Source: Chitinophagales bacterium
GTDB taxonomy: Bacteria; Bacteroidota; Bacteroidia; Chitinophagales; Chitinophagaceae
DNA length: 64,000 nucleotides
Reading direction: 5' to 3'
NCBI GenBank assembly: GCA_017303335.1
Contig: JAFLBK010000003.1
Location: 364,291 to 428,290, forward strand
Below the pieces are notes generated by a model, which was not told the DNA's origin, did no database searches, and saw only the letters and a list, made by a program, of their open reading frames with translations. A program made the translations under genes and the position numbers. The stretch's first letter is position 1; every line of letters begins with the position of its first letter. This document shows, in pieces, positions 16,101-24,524 of this stretch.

Positions 16101-18149
16101 TCATCGCAATAGTATAGTCGTTCCTTTTTGTTCCACCCGCTTACCCGTTTCGATATGGGTGTACTGAAGGGTCCACACATAGGTACCCAGGTCGGCGCCC
16201 TGGCCCTTGAACGTGCCATCCCATTTCTTCGTCCAGTCGCGGGTTTCAAACACCAGCTGCCCGTTCCGGTTGTATACCCGGAACAACAGATCGGTAGCCT
16301 TATACGCGTTCAACGGGTACAGGTAATCGTTCAACCCATCGCGGTTGGGCGTAAAGGCATTGGGTACGGCGATATAACAGCTGTTGGGAATGATGATCTT
16401 TTGTATGGCTGTGTCGAAACAACCCAGGTTATTCTGCACGATCAGGCGTGGATATACATTCATTGTATAGGTGCCCGGCAGGTAGGATTGATCGGGCGGC
16501 GTTTGCTGGTTGCTGGTATTTCCATTGGCAAAATCCCACGACCAGGAAACGATCGTGCCAATGCTCTTGTCGCGGAAGATGGCCTTGTCGGTAGGACAAA
16601 CAAAACTATTCGTCTCAAAGTCGGCCTTCAGTTCATTATCGAGCAAAATGGGTACGATGGCGCTGGTATCGCTGCATACGCCGTTCGAAACGATGAGTTG
16701 GGTATGCTTCAGACCAAAACTGCCGTAGATGATCGACGGGTTTTGCTGACGGCTGCTGCGCAGGTTATCGAAATTCCATCTCCATATATTTACTTCATTT
16801 CGTCCATCGTGAAAATAGTTGATCGTATCCCGATCGCATCCGTATAGGATGTTGTAGGTAAAGTCGGCGTTCACGGTGTCCTTTGTATTGAATTCGAGGA
16901 ACGCGTTGGGTGGTGTGAACTGGTTGCATTCATCCACGATGGTATTACCGTCGCTGCCGGTTTGCAGGTAGATGCGGTAGGTACCCCTGGTTTGTATAGG
17001 CGCCGATAATTTCACTTTGATGATAGGCGTAAGCCCATCGGCCGAGCAGGTACCCGTTGCACCAACAACCGTAACCGGCGTAGTTCCGGATATCATATCC
17101 ACCCGGAAATCCGAACCATCGGCAGCGATCGTACTGCACTTGATATTCTTGCGAAAAACCAGTTGCAATTCGTCGGGGCTGCAGCGGGGTTTGGTGAGGC
17201 TGTCCATCGGCGTAGGTATCAGCGGATATACGACCAGGGGAATGTTCTCTCCCACCGGAATCTCGCGGTCGCATGCATCGCGGATTGTATTGCCATCGGT
17301 TCCGCTCCTGACCGTGATGGTATAGTTGCCGGGTGGCAGCGGTGCATCCATGGTAATGGAAATAGAATCCATATCAAACCCATTGGTACAGCCGAATCCG
17401 CTGGCGGAGATCACGTTGGCCACATTGGGAGTAAGTACGAATTCGGAACCGGAGCCGGTAAGACTCCTGCACTTCATCCGCTTGTTTGTTTTGATCGTGA
17501 TGGATGTTCCGTCGCAGGCCGCTTTGGCATTTAACAGGTGCGGATCTTTGGGATCGGTGATGCTGGCCGAGCCACCGGTGAATGTAAGATCGTACCCGGC
17601 GGTACTTTGCGTCCAGTTGGTAACCATCAGCAGGTATTCATGCCCCACGGTGATGTTGGGCATTGCGTTAAAAGGGGTATTGCCATTGGCAGAACCTTCG
17701 CAGTGCACATTACCGGAGGCGCCCGGACGGCAACCCGTTGGCGATTCGGGGTACTGGGCTGGCCCGCTGCCTGCTCCATACAGGTTTATTGAGATCGCCA
17801 GGGATGAGTTCGTAAAAACATCGTTCGGATCATGACCGGTAATGTCGAACAATACCCAGTCGTAATCATCCGAGCCGGAAATGCCGCTGATCAGGAACCC
17901 AAGGCTGCCGCTTTGGTAACAGGTGAATTTATACCAGAAAGAACTGGAGGATGTGGCGCCGATTGAACAGAAGGGTTGAGCCACATTCGGGCCGGTGCAA
18001 TTAACCACCTGGTCCTGGTGAAAGACGGCGGTACCGCAAACGGGGATCGCATTGGAGGGCGTCATCCCGGGCAGGGAACAAGGTTGCGCATAAGCGCCTG
18101 AAATTAAAGCAACAATAAAAAGGGAAAGTGTAAAAATCTTCTTGACCAT
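16101..18149 (-). CDS. T9SS type B sorting-domain (CHU_C / gliding motility C-terminal domain) surface protein
   Basis: ORF 16101..18200 trimmed to ATG 18149 (signal peptide MVKKIFTLSLFIVALISGAYAQ). C-terminus VPNAFTPNRDGLNDYLYP...FRVYNRNGQLVFE...WDGTFKGQGADLGTYVWTLQY is the type B CTD pattern. Ig/PKD-like repeats in the middle. Confidence 0.85.
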   Translation of the reverse strand: MVKKIFTLSLFIVALISGAYAQPCSLPGMTPSNAIPVCGTAVFHQDQVVNCTGPNVAQPFCSIGATSSSSFWYKFTCYQSGSLGFLISGISGSDDYDWVLFDITGHDPNDVFTNSSLAISINLYGAGSGPAQYPESPTGCRPGASGNVHCEGSANGNTPFNAMPNITVGHEYLLMVTNWTQSTAGYDLTFTGGSASITDPKDPHLLNAKAACDGTSITIKTNKRMKCRSLTGSGSEFVLTPNVANVISASGFGCTNGFDMDSISITMDAPLPPGNYTITVRSGTDGNTIRDACDREIPVGENIPLVVYPLIPTPMDSLTKPRCSPDELQLVFRKNIKCSTIAADGSDFRVDMISGTTPVTVVGATGTCSADGLTPIIKVKLSAPIQTRGTYRIYLQTGSDGNTIVDECNQFTPPNAFLEFNTKDTVNADFTYNILYGCDRDTINYFHDGRNEVNIWRWNFDNLRSSRQQNPSIIYGSFGLKHTQLIVSNGVCSDTSAIVPILLDNELKADFETNSFVCPTDKAIFRDKSIGTIVSWSWDFANGNTSNQQTPPDQSYLPGTYTMNVYPRLIVQNNLGCFDTAIQKIIIPNSCYIAVPNAFTPNRDGLNDYLYPLNAYKATDLLFRVYNRNGQLVFETRDWTKKWDGTFKGQGADLGTYVWTLQYTHIETGKRVEQKGTTILLR

Positions 18150-18274
18150 ACTATTTGCAAACATACCATAAAGACCCCTTACATGGTCTTTATGCTGCAA
18201 GTGTTAATATGATTTTAACAGGTTTCCGGAATTCGGCAAACCCGGTATGTAAATAACCCGAAAAGAGGCGCAGT

Positions 18275-20878
18275 TTATTTCACTTTCCCCTTTATCTCCT
18301 GGAGTTTGAGCAGGGCTTCCACGGGTGTCAGCCGGTTGATATCAACTGCTTCAAGTAATTGCCGGATCTCCTCAAACGTGGCGGAATGCGCATCGAAAAT
18401 GCTGAGCTGCATTTTAGGCAGGCCGATCTTTTTAACGCTTTCCTCCAGGCCGGCGGCTCCATTTCCCTCCCGGCTTTCTTCGAGTTGCTTCAGGATCTCG
18501 TTGGCCCGTTCGATAAGGGCCGGCGGCATCCCGGCCATGCGGGCCACGTGTATACCAAAACTGTGCGTACTTCCGCCCGGGGCCAGCTTGCGCAGGAAGA
18601 TGATCTTGTTGCCAACTTCTTTATTGGTAACATGATAGTTTTTGACACCGGGTAATTTATTCTCCAGTTCATTCAGCTCATGATAATGCGTAGCGAATAA
18701 GGTCTTGGGCTTGCAGGGAGAATGATGCAGGAATTCCGCGATGCTCCAGGCGATGCTGATACCATCATACGTGGAAGTACCCCGGCCGATCTCATCCAGC
18801 AGGATCAGGCTTCGTTTTGTAAGATTGTTGATGATGCTCGCCGTTTCGTTCATCTCCACCATGAAAGTACTCTCGCCCCCGCTCAGGTTATCGCTGGCAC
18901 CTACGCGGGTGAATATTTTATCCGTAAGGGGAATCTTCGCTTCGCCCGCCGGTACAAAACTTCCCATATGCGCCATCAAGGTGATGAGTGCTGTTTGGCG
19001 GAGAACCGCACTTTTACCACTCATGTTCGGACCGGTGAGAATAATGATCTGCTGACCGTCGGGATCCAGGTAGATATCATTGGCGATGTACGCTTCTCCT
19101 ACCGGAAGGTTGCGTTCGATCACGGGATGGCGGCTTTCTTTGATATCCAGCACCAGGGTATCGGTTACCAGCGGCATCTTGTAATTATACTGCAGTGCGT
19201 TGTTCGCAAAACAAGAAAGACAGTCCAGTACAGCCAGCACATGCCCGTTCACCTGCATGGGAGCGATATAATCCTGCAGCTCATTCAGCAGTTCTTCGAA
19301 TAACTGCAGTTCTATCTGCAATATCTTATCCTCGGCGCCCACAATCTTTTCCTCGTATTCCTTCAGTTCCGGGGTGATGTACCGCTCGGCATTGACAAGG
19401 GTCTGCTTCCGTATCCAGGTATCGGGCACTTTCGCTTTGTGGGCATGCGTTACCTCGAGGTAATAACCGAAAACATTGTTGAAACTGATCTTAAGGGAAG
19501 AGATACCGGTGGCCAATGCTTCTTTTTGCTGCAGTTCCACCAGGTAGTCTTTACCGCCGCTGGCGATCTTTCGCAGGGCATCGAGTTCGGCATGTATGCC
19601 GTCGGCGATAATTCCACCCTTTGCGGCTATCGCCGGTGGATTTTCATTGATCTCTTTACTGATCTTATCCAGGATGTATCTGCAGGGGTTGAGTGAATCG
19701 CCCAGGCGTTTCAGGTATTCGCTGTTGGATTGTTCACAAAGCGATTTGACCTGCTCGGTTTGCTGAAGGCCTTTTGCGATCTGCAGCACTTCCCGTGGAT
19801 TTACTTTCTTCAGCGGAACCTTACTCACCAATCGTTCCACATCGCCGGCCTGCTTGATATGCTGCGTTATCTTATTCCGGAGATCTGTTTCTTTGATGAG
19901 GTATTCTACCGTATGCAACCGCTCCTGGATACGTGCGATATTATTCAGCGGCAGTACCATCCAGCGTTTCAGCAGGCGGCCGCCCATGGCAGAGACGGTA
20001 TTGTCGAGTACTTTCAGCAGGGTATTGGCTCCCTCGGCACCGCCCAGTAATTCCAGGTTACGGATCGTAAACCGGTCCATCCACAAATGTTCATCACGAT
20101 CGATACGCTGGATGGCGGTGATATGCCCCAGGTTGGGATGTTCGGTATCCTTTAAGTAGTGCAGCACGGCCCCGGCGGCAATGATGCCGGCATTCATGCC
20201 TTCCACCCCAAAGCCTTTCAGACTATGGGTACCAAAATGTTTCAATAAACTCTCGGTGGCATAGGCTTCCGCAAATATCCATTCTTCGAGTGTATAGATA
20301 AAGAACTTGCTGCCGAAGTTCTCTTTGAAATACTTCTGGCGGCTGCGCTGAAAGATGACCTCGGCCGGCTTGAGGCTTTGCAGCAGTTTATCCGCATAAT
20401 CTTTATCCCCTTCGGCAATAAAAAATTCACCGGTACTGATGTCGAGGAAAGCGATGCCGATTTTTTCTTCTTCAAAATGAAGCGCAGCCAGGAAATTGTT
20501 GCTGCTGTGCTCGAGTAATTTATCACTGGTGGCAACGCCCGGGGTAACCAGTTCGGTAACGCCTCTTTTAACGATACCCTTCGCGGCTTTCGGATCTTCG
20601 AGCTGGTCGCAGATGGCGACACGATAACCAGCCTTCACCAGTTTATGCAGGTAGGTATCCAGCGCATGATGCGGGAAACCGGCGAGTTCGGAAGAAGCCG
20701 CGTTGCCGTTGTTGCGCTTGGTAAGGGTGATACCAAGTACAGAAGAAGCGGCGATGGCATCCTGCCCGAAGGTTTCGTAAAAATCGCCCACCCGGAACAG
20801 CAGGATCGCATCAGGGTACCTGGCCTTGATGGCGTTATGTTGCTGCATTAAAGGAGTTTCGGCGGATGCTTTTGCCAT
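18275..20878 (-). CDS. mutS: DNA mismatch repair protein MutS
   Basis: 867 aa. MQQHNAIKARYPDAILLFRVGDFYE, Walker A GPNMSGKS, STFMVEMNE, DEIGRGTSTYDG. Confidence 0.95.
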   Translation of the reverse strand: MAKASAETPLMQQHNAIKARYPDAILLFRVGDFYETFGQDAIAASSVLGITLTKRNNGNAASSELAGFPHHALDTYLHKLVKAGYRVAICDQLEDPKAAKGIVKRGVTELVTPGVATSDKLLEHSSNNFLAALHFEEEKIGIAFLDISTGEFFIAEGDKDYADKLLQSLKPAEVIFQRSRQKYFKENFGSKFFIYTLEEWIFAEAYATESLLKHFGTHSLKGFGVEGMNAGIIAAGAVLHYLKDTEHPNLGHITAIQRIDRDEHLWMDRFTIRNLELLGGAEGANTLLKVLDNTVSAMGGRLLKRWMVLPLNNIARIQERLHTVEYLIKETDLRNKITQHIKQAGDVERLVSKVPLKKVNPREVLQIAKGLQQTEQVKSLCEQSNSEYLKRLGDSLNPCRYILDKISKEINENPPAIAAKGGIIADGIHAELDALRKIASGGKDYLVELQQKEALATGISSLKISFNNVFGYYLEVTHAHKAKVPDTWIRKQTLVNAERYITPELKEYEEKIVGAEDKILQIELQLFEELLNELQDYIAPMQVNGHVLAVLDCLSCFANNALQYNYKMPLVTDTLVLDIKESRHPVIERNLPVGEAYIANDIYLDPDGQQIIILTGPNMSGKSAVLRQTALITLMAHMGSFVPAGEAKIPLTDKIFTRVGASDNLSGGESTFMVEMNETASIINNLTKRSLILLDEIGRGTSTYDGISIAWSIAEFLHHSPCKPKTLFATHYHELNELENKLPGVKNYHVTNKEVGNKIIFLRKLAPGGSTHSFGIHVARMAGMPPALIERANEILKQLEESREGNGAAGLEESVKKIGLPKMQLSIFDAHSATFEEIRQLLEAVDINRLTPVEALLKLQEIKGKVK

Positions 20879-20903
20879 ACGATATACCCGTTTCCGGGGC
20901 CGA

Positions 20904-20911
20904 CAAATGTA
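20904..20911 (-). promoter_or_regulatory. -7 box (TACATTTG) upstream of mutS
   Basis: Exact TAnnTTTG on the minus strand, 26 nt upstream of ATG 20878. Confidence 0.4.
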
Positions 20912-21016
20912 ATTTGAAAATTTGAGAATGTGCCGATTTGAAAATGAACCTGTTTACAGATCCATCGCTGTCCTTTTTCATTTTCAAATTGCAGGATTAT
21001 CAAATTTCAAAATCGA
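20910..21016. repeat. Two inverted arrays of degenerate octamers (5 x 8 nt each) forming a 107-nt imperfect palindrome
   Basis: 20910..20949 taatttga|aaatttga|gaatgtgc|cgatttga|aaatgaac. 20977..21016 ttcatttt|caaattgc|aggattat|caaatttc|aaaatcga. The second array is roughly 70 percent identical to the reverse complement of the first. Confidence 0.8.
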
Positions 21017-22213
21017 TCAATTCTCCTGCTTGGTAAGTATTTCTTTTTTCATCTTTTCCCAGAGGCCGTCGTAGGTCTGGTGATTTTCTTCCTTCCATTT
21101 CTTGCTGAAGGCTTTCATCTTCTCGTAACGGTCGTCTTTACTGAGATTAAAAAAGGCGGTGATGGCTTCCTTGTCGTTCTCGAACGCGAGTTGGTTATAC
21201 AGCTCTTTGAGTTCTTTTTCTTTCCGTGTATTGCCATGGGCGATCTCGATTTCCATCTCTTCCCGCAACATGGCCTTCTCATCGTAACTGCCGGAAGGCA
21301 GGATGGTTTTGGCGATCACCGGCATCAGTTCGATCAGCATCAGGATGAACACAATGAGGTAATACCGAAAAGCCAGCGCATCATTCCCCCTGACCAGGTT
21401 ATTCAACGCCTCTACCCTTGTTAAAAAGCCGGTATTGAGGTAGGTGGTAAAATTTTCCTGGCCCGCTTTTATTTGCGCATCGATCGCTTTCAAGGCCGCG
21501 TCATTGCTGTCAAGTTTCGGCTTGCTTTCCTTCAGCATGTTTTGATATTCACCATCAAGTTTCTGATATTCATTCCGCTTCGCGATGGCGATATCCTTTA
21601 TACCGATCTTACCCGTACCACCGCTTCCGTCTGTTTCAGCGAGAAAATTCTCCCGGGCTTTGGAAACCGCATCGTATTTACCGGCGAGTTCCTTTTTGAT
21701 GGATTCATTCTGCCGGTTTAGCACCTCCCGCTGTCCTTTGTACAGCAGATCCAGTTCCTGCAGCTTGGTTTGTTTTTTCTTTTCATTGTCGAGCGAAGCC
21801 TGGAGCTGGATCTCTTTATCGAACATGTACAAAACCGCCGGTTGCGCCATGAAAGTACCGATGGTCAGCGCAAGCAATCCCCGGAACAACAGCGGGGCCA
21901 GTTTCCGTTTGTTGAATCGGGTGATACCCTTGATCAGGGCCCGATCAATGGTAAGTATCACAAAACCCATGAAAAGCCCCAGGGCGATCGCAAGCAAAAG
22001 CGAGTTCACGATCGTGCTGAAAAAATAGGTCCAGGTAAAACTGGCAAATATCCAGGTAGCCAGTACTGTCATTCCAATGATCCGGTACCGGTTCCGGTCG
22101 ATGACAGAATCCACGAGTATTTCTTTCTCGGCGGTGGCTAACCACCACAGGAATTCGGTGAACTGCGAAGGAACATAGGTCTCCCGCTGGGAAACAGGAA
22201 TATTTTTATCCAT
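21017..22213 (-). CDS. DUF4407-like membrane protein with long coiled-coil region
   Basis: 398 aa. N-terminal TM segments (IIGMTVLATWIFASF..., LLLAIALGLFMGFVILTI), a central K/E/Q-rich helical region, and another TM segment near residue 285. Confidence 0.65.
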   Translation of the reverse strand: MDKNIPVSQRETYVPSQFTEFLWWLATAEKEILVDSVIDRNRYRIIGMTVLATWIFASFTWTYFFSTIVNSLLLAIALGLFMGFVILTIDRALIKGITRFNKRKLAPLLFRGLLALTIGTFMAQPAVLYMFDKEIQLQASLDNEKKKQTKLQELDLLYKGQREVLNRQNESIKKELAGKYDAVSKARENFLAETDGSGGTGKIGIKDIAIAKRNEYQKLDGEYQNMLKESKPKLDSNDAALKAIDAQIKAGQENFTTYLNTGFLTRVEALNNLVRGNDALAFRYYLIVFILMLIELMPVIAKTILPSGSYDEKAMLREEMEIEIAHGNTRKEKELKELYNQLAFENDKEAITAFFNLSKDDRYEKMKAFSKKWKEENHQTYDGLWEKMKKEILTKQEN

Positions 22214-22399
22214 ATTAAAAAAATATTAGAAATCTGCTATAAAGGAATCAATAGCGGAGTGGAGTTGAAGGCATGCAAAATAGCTATTCTTTGGCGGATA
22301 AACGAGGCCTCTGTACAGTTATTTTGGATGCAGCCGGACATTAACAGATCGTTACAGGCACGTCCTAAACCCGGGGTTGCCGGATAAAGTCCATTGTGC

Positions 22400-22407
22400 T
22401 ATCTTTG
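22400..22407 (+). promoter_or_regulatory. -7 box (TATCTTTG) upstream of the LolA-like gene
   Basis: Exact TAnnTTTG, 43 nt before ATG 22450. Confidence 0.45.
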
Positions 22408-22449
22408 CAACCGCTTTTAAAAGCGCATTTTTTACCTTAAATAAGCAAA

Positions 22450-23106
22450 ATGAATACGTCCTTCCGCATGTTCCTGACCCTGCTGCTGTTTGGTTGCAGC
22501 GTTCAGGCACAACCGCCCAAGAGCATGGGAAGCAGCGATCCGGAAGCTAAAAAAATACTGGATGCTGTAAGCGCCAAATTCAAAACCTTCAAATCGGTTC
22601 AATCCAAATTCACACTCAAGATCGAGAACAGCAGCAATAAAGTAATGGGCACCAAATCCGGCACTGTGTATATGAAAGGCACCAAGTACCGGATCAATGT
22701 AACCGGCCAGGAGATATTCTGCGATGGCAGCAACGTATGGACTGTTGACAAAGCCGCCAAGGAGATCACCATCAACAAACTGGATCCATCCAACAATACC
22801 ATCACCCCGCAAAAACTGTTCACCAATTTTTATGACAAGGACTTTTTGTACAAACTGAACAGCGATGCCAAAGGGGTACAGGAGATCGAACTGACGCCCA
22901 TCGATAAATCAAAACTCTTTCACAAGGTGATCGTGTACATCAACAAAGCGACACAAACCATCACCTCCACCAAAGTTTTTGAAAAGGCAGGAAACCGGTA
23001 TACCTATACGGTGAGCGGAATGGATACGAAAAGTGTTATCCCCGATATCCAGTTCGTCTTCAATCAGAAGAATTACCCGGGCATGGAAATCGTGGATCTG
23101 CGTTAA
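22450..23106 (+). CDS. lolA: Outer membrane lipoprotein carrier protein LolA-like
   Basis: 218 aa. Signal peptide, then AKKILDAVSAKFKTFKSVQSKFTLKIEN...GTVYMKGTKYRI...DGSNVWTVDK pattern typical of Bacteroidota LolA. Confidence 0.7.
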   Translation: MNTSFRMFLTLLLFGCSVQAQPPKSMGSSDPEAKKILDAVSAKFKTFKSVQSKFTLKIENSSNKVMGTKSGTVYMKGTKYRINVTGQEIFCDGSNVWTVDKAAKEITINKLDPSNNTITPQKLFTNFYDKDFLYKLNSDAKGVQEIELTPIDKSKLFHKVIVYINKATQTITSTKVFEKAGNRYTYTVSGMDTKSVIPDIQFVFNQKNYPGMEIVDLR

Positions 23107-23135
23107 TCACCAGGAATAATATTGTAACCATGAAA

Positions 23136-23162
23136 GGGCGTTGCAGCAATGCGACGCTTTTT
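23136..23162 (+). terminator. Intrinsic terminator after the LolA-like gene
   Basis: gcgttgc-agcaat-gcgacgc hairpin (one G-U pair) followed by ttttt. Confidence 0.7.
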
Positions 23163-23718
23163 ATTTGCCCCACCGGTAGGTTTTGACAGGAATGCCCGCC
23201 AGGTCGAGCACCCGGTCTACCACCGTTGCTGCCGCTTCTTCGATGGTTGCCGGCTGGCTGTAAAAAGAAGGTGTGGCCGGGCAGATAATACCACCGGCGA
23301 GCGTAACCGTTTCCATATTGCGGATATGAATGAGACTATACGGCGTTTCCCGAACAACGCAGATCAGTTTTCTCCTTTCTTTCAGGATCACATCGGCGGC
23401 CCGGCTGATCAGGTCGTTCGAAATACCGGAGGCGATGCGGCCGAGCGTTCCCATGCTGCAGGGAACAATGATCATGGTATCGTACTGGCCCGAACCCGAG
23501 GCAAAGGGAGCATTAAAGTCGGTGGTTTCGTATACACGCACCGGGAGGCTCTTGTATTCCTCGTTACCCAATTCAATTTTCCATACCTCCCGTGCATTGT
23601 TCGTCATGACCAGGGCCAGTTCATCCCAGTGCTCTTTAGACTCCAGCAGCTTTTTCAGCAATAGACCGGCGTATATCGATCCGCTCGCCCCCGTTACAGC
23701 AACGGTAATTTTTTTCAT
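23161..23718 (-). CDS. ubiX: UbiX-family flavin prenyltransferase
   Basis: MKKITVAVTGASGSIYA...IIVPCSMGTLGRIASGIS...DVILKERRKLI, 185 aa. Confidence 0.9.
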   Translation of the reverse strand: MKKITVAVTGASGSIYAGLLLKKLLESKEHWDELALVMTNNAREVWKIELGNEEYKSLPVRVYETTDFNAPFASGSGQYDTMIIVPCSMGTLGRIASGISNDLISRAADVILKERRKLICVVRETPYSLIHIRNMETVTLAGGIICPATPSFYSQPATIEEAAATVVDRVLDLAGIPVKTYRWGK

Positions 23719-23729
23719 TCTTTTCCGTT

Positions 23730-23737
23730 TAACTTTG
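23730..23737 (+). promoter_or_regulatory. -7 box (TAACTTTG) upstream of the thioredoxin-like gene
   Basis: Exact TAnnTTTG, 23 nt before ATG 23760. Confidence 0.45.
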
Positions 23738-23759
23738 TGAAGCTACAAACAATTAAACT

Positions 23760-24287
23760 ATGAAAAAGGTTCTGGGCCTGTTATCGCTGGTGGCAACGGT
23801 TGCTATCCTCACGTCTTTCCATAGCCCCGCAAAAGAAAAAGTAAACTGGCTCACCCTGGCCGAGCTGAAAGCCGCCTACGCGAAGAATCCGAAACCGATC
23901 CTCATCGATGTATATACCGATTGGTGCGGCTGGTGCAAGGTCATGGACCGGGAAACCTACAGCAACGACAACGTAGCCAATTACCTGAATAAGAATTTCT
24001 ATGCCGTTAAATTCAATGCGGAATCAACCGGCACGATTGAATTCGGAACCAAAAAATACAACTACAACGCCAGCTACCGGGCCAACGACCTGGCCATTTA
24101 CCTGCTCAATGGAAGACTGGCTTATCCAACCACGGTCTTTCTCCCCGCCATCGATGCGCAACCTTCGCCATTAGCCGGTTACCTGAAACCCGCCGACCTG
24201 GAAGCGCCGGTGAAGTATTTCGGAGAAGGGGCTTATAAGAACAAAGACTATCCTTCGTACATGAAAGAGTTCACGGTAAGCTGGTAA
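23760..24287 (+). CDS. Secreted thioredoxin-fold protein (DUF255/thioredoxin-like, CGWC motif)
   Basis: Signal peptide and a YTDWCGWCKVM active-site-like motif. Confidence 0.75.
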   Translation: MKKVLGLLSLVATVAILTSFHSPAKEKVNWLTLAELKAAYAKNPKPILIDVYTDWCGWCKVMDRETYSNDNVANYLNKNFYAVKFNAESTGTIEFGTKKYNYNASYRANDLAIYLLNGRLAYPTTVFLPAIDAQPSPLAGYLKPADLEAPVKYFGEGAYKNKDYPSYMKEFTVSW

Positions 24288-24304
24288 ACGTGAAGATAAA
24301 AGAC

Positions 24305-24443
24305 AATAGTCATTAAGTCACTAGTCGATAGTAAATAGTCATTGCGTTATTCGGAGTCTCTGGTCATTTCGGACTCCTTTGATTATCGAATCCTTACAAT
24401 AACCCATTGACCTAATGACTTAATGACCTAATGACCTGGTGAC
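24305..24443. repeat. Two inverted arrays of 7-8-nt words (GTCATT / AATGAC family) flanking a small hairpin
   Basis: 24305..24347 aatagtc|attaagtc|actagtc|gatagta|aatagtc|attgcgt. 24404..24443 ccattgac|ctaatgac|ttaatgac|ctaatgac|ctggtgac. The words are reverse complements of each other. Central hairpin ggagtc/gactcc at 24353..24377. Confidence 0.8.
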
Positions 24444-24524
24444 TTCCTATATTTTCCCTTTCCCGAAACCGGTATTTTTCTTTACCTAACTTCTAAATTG
24501 TAATTTCCCGACTCAATCAGTTGG

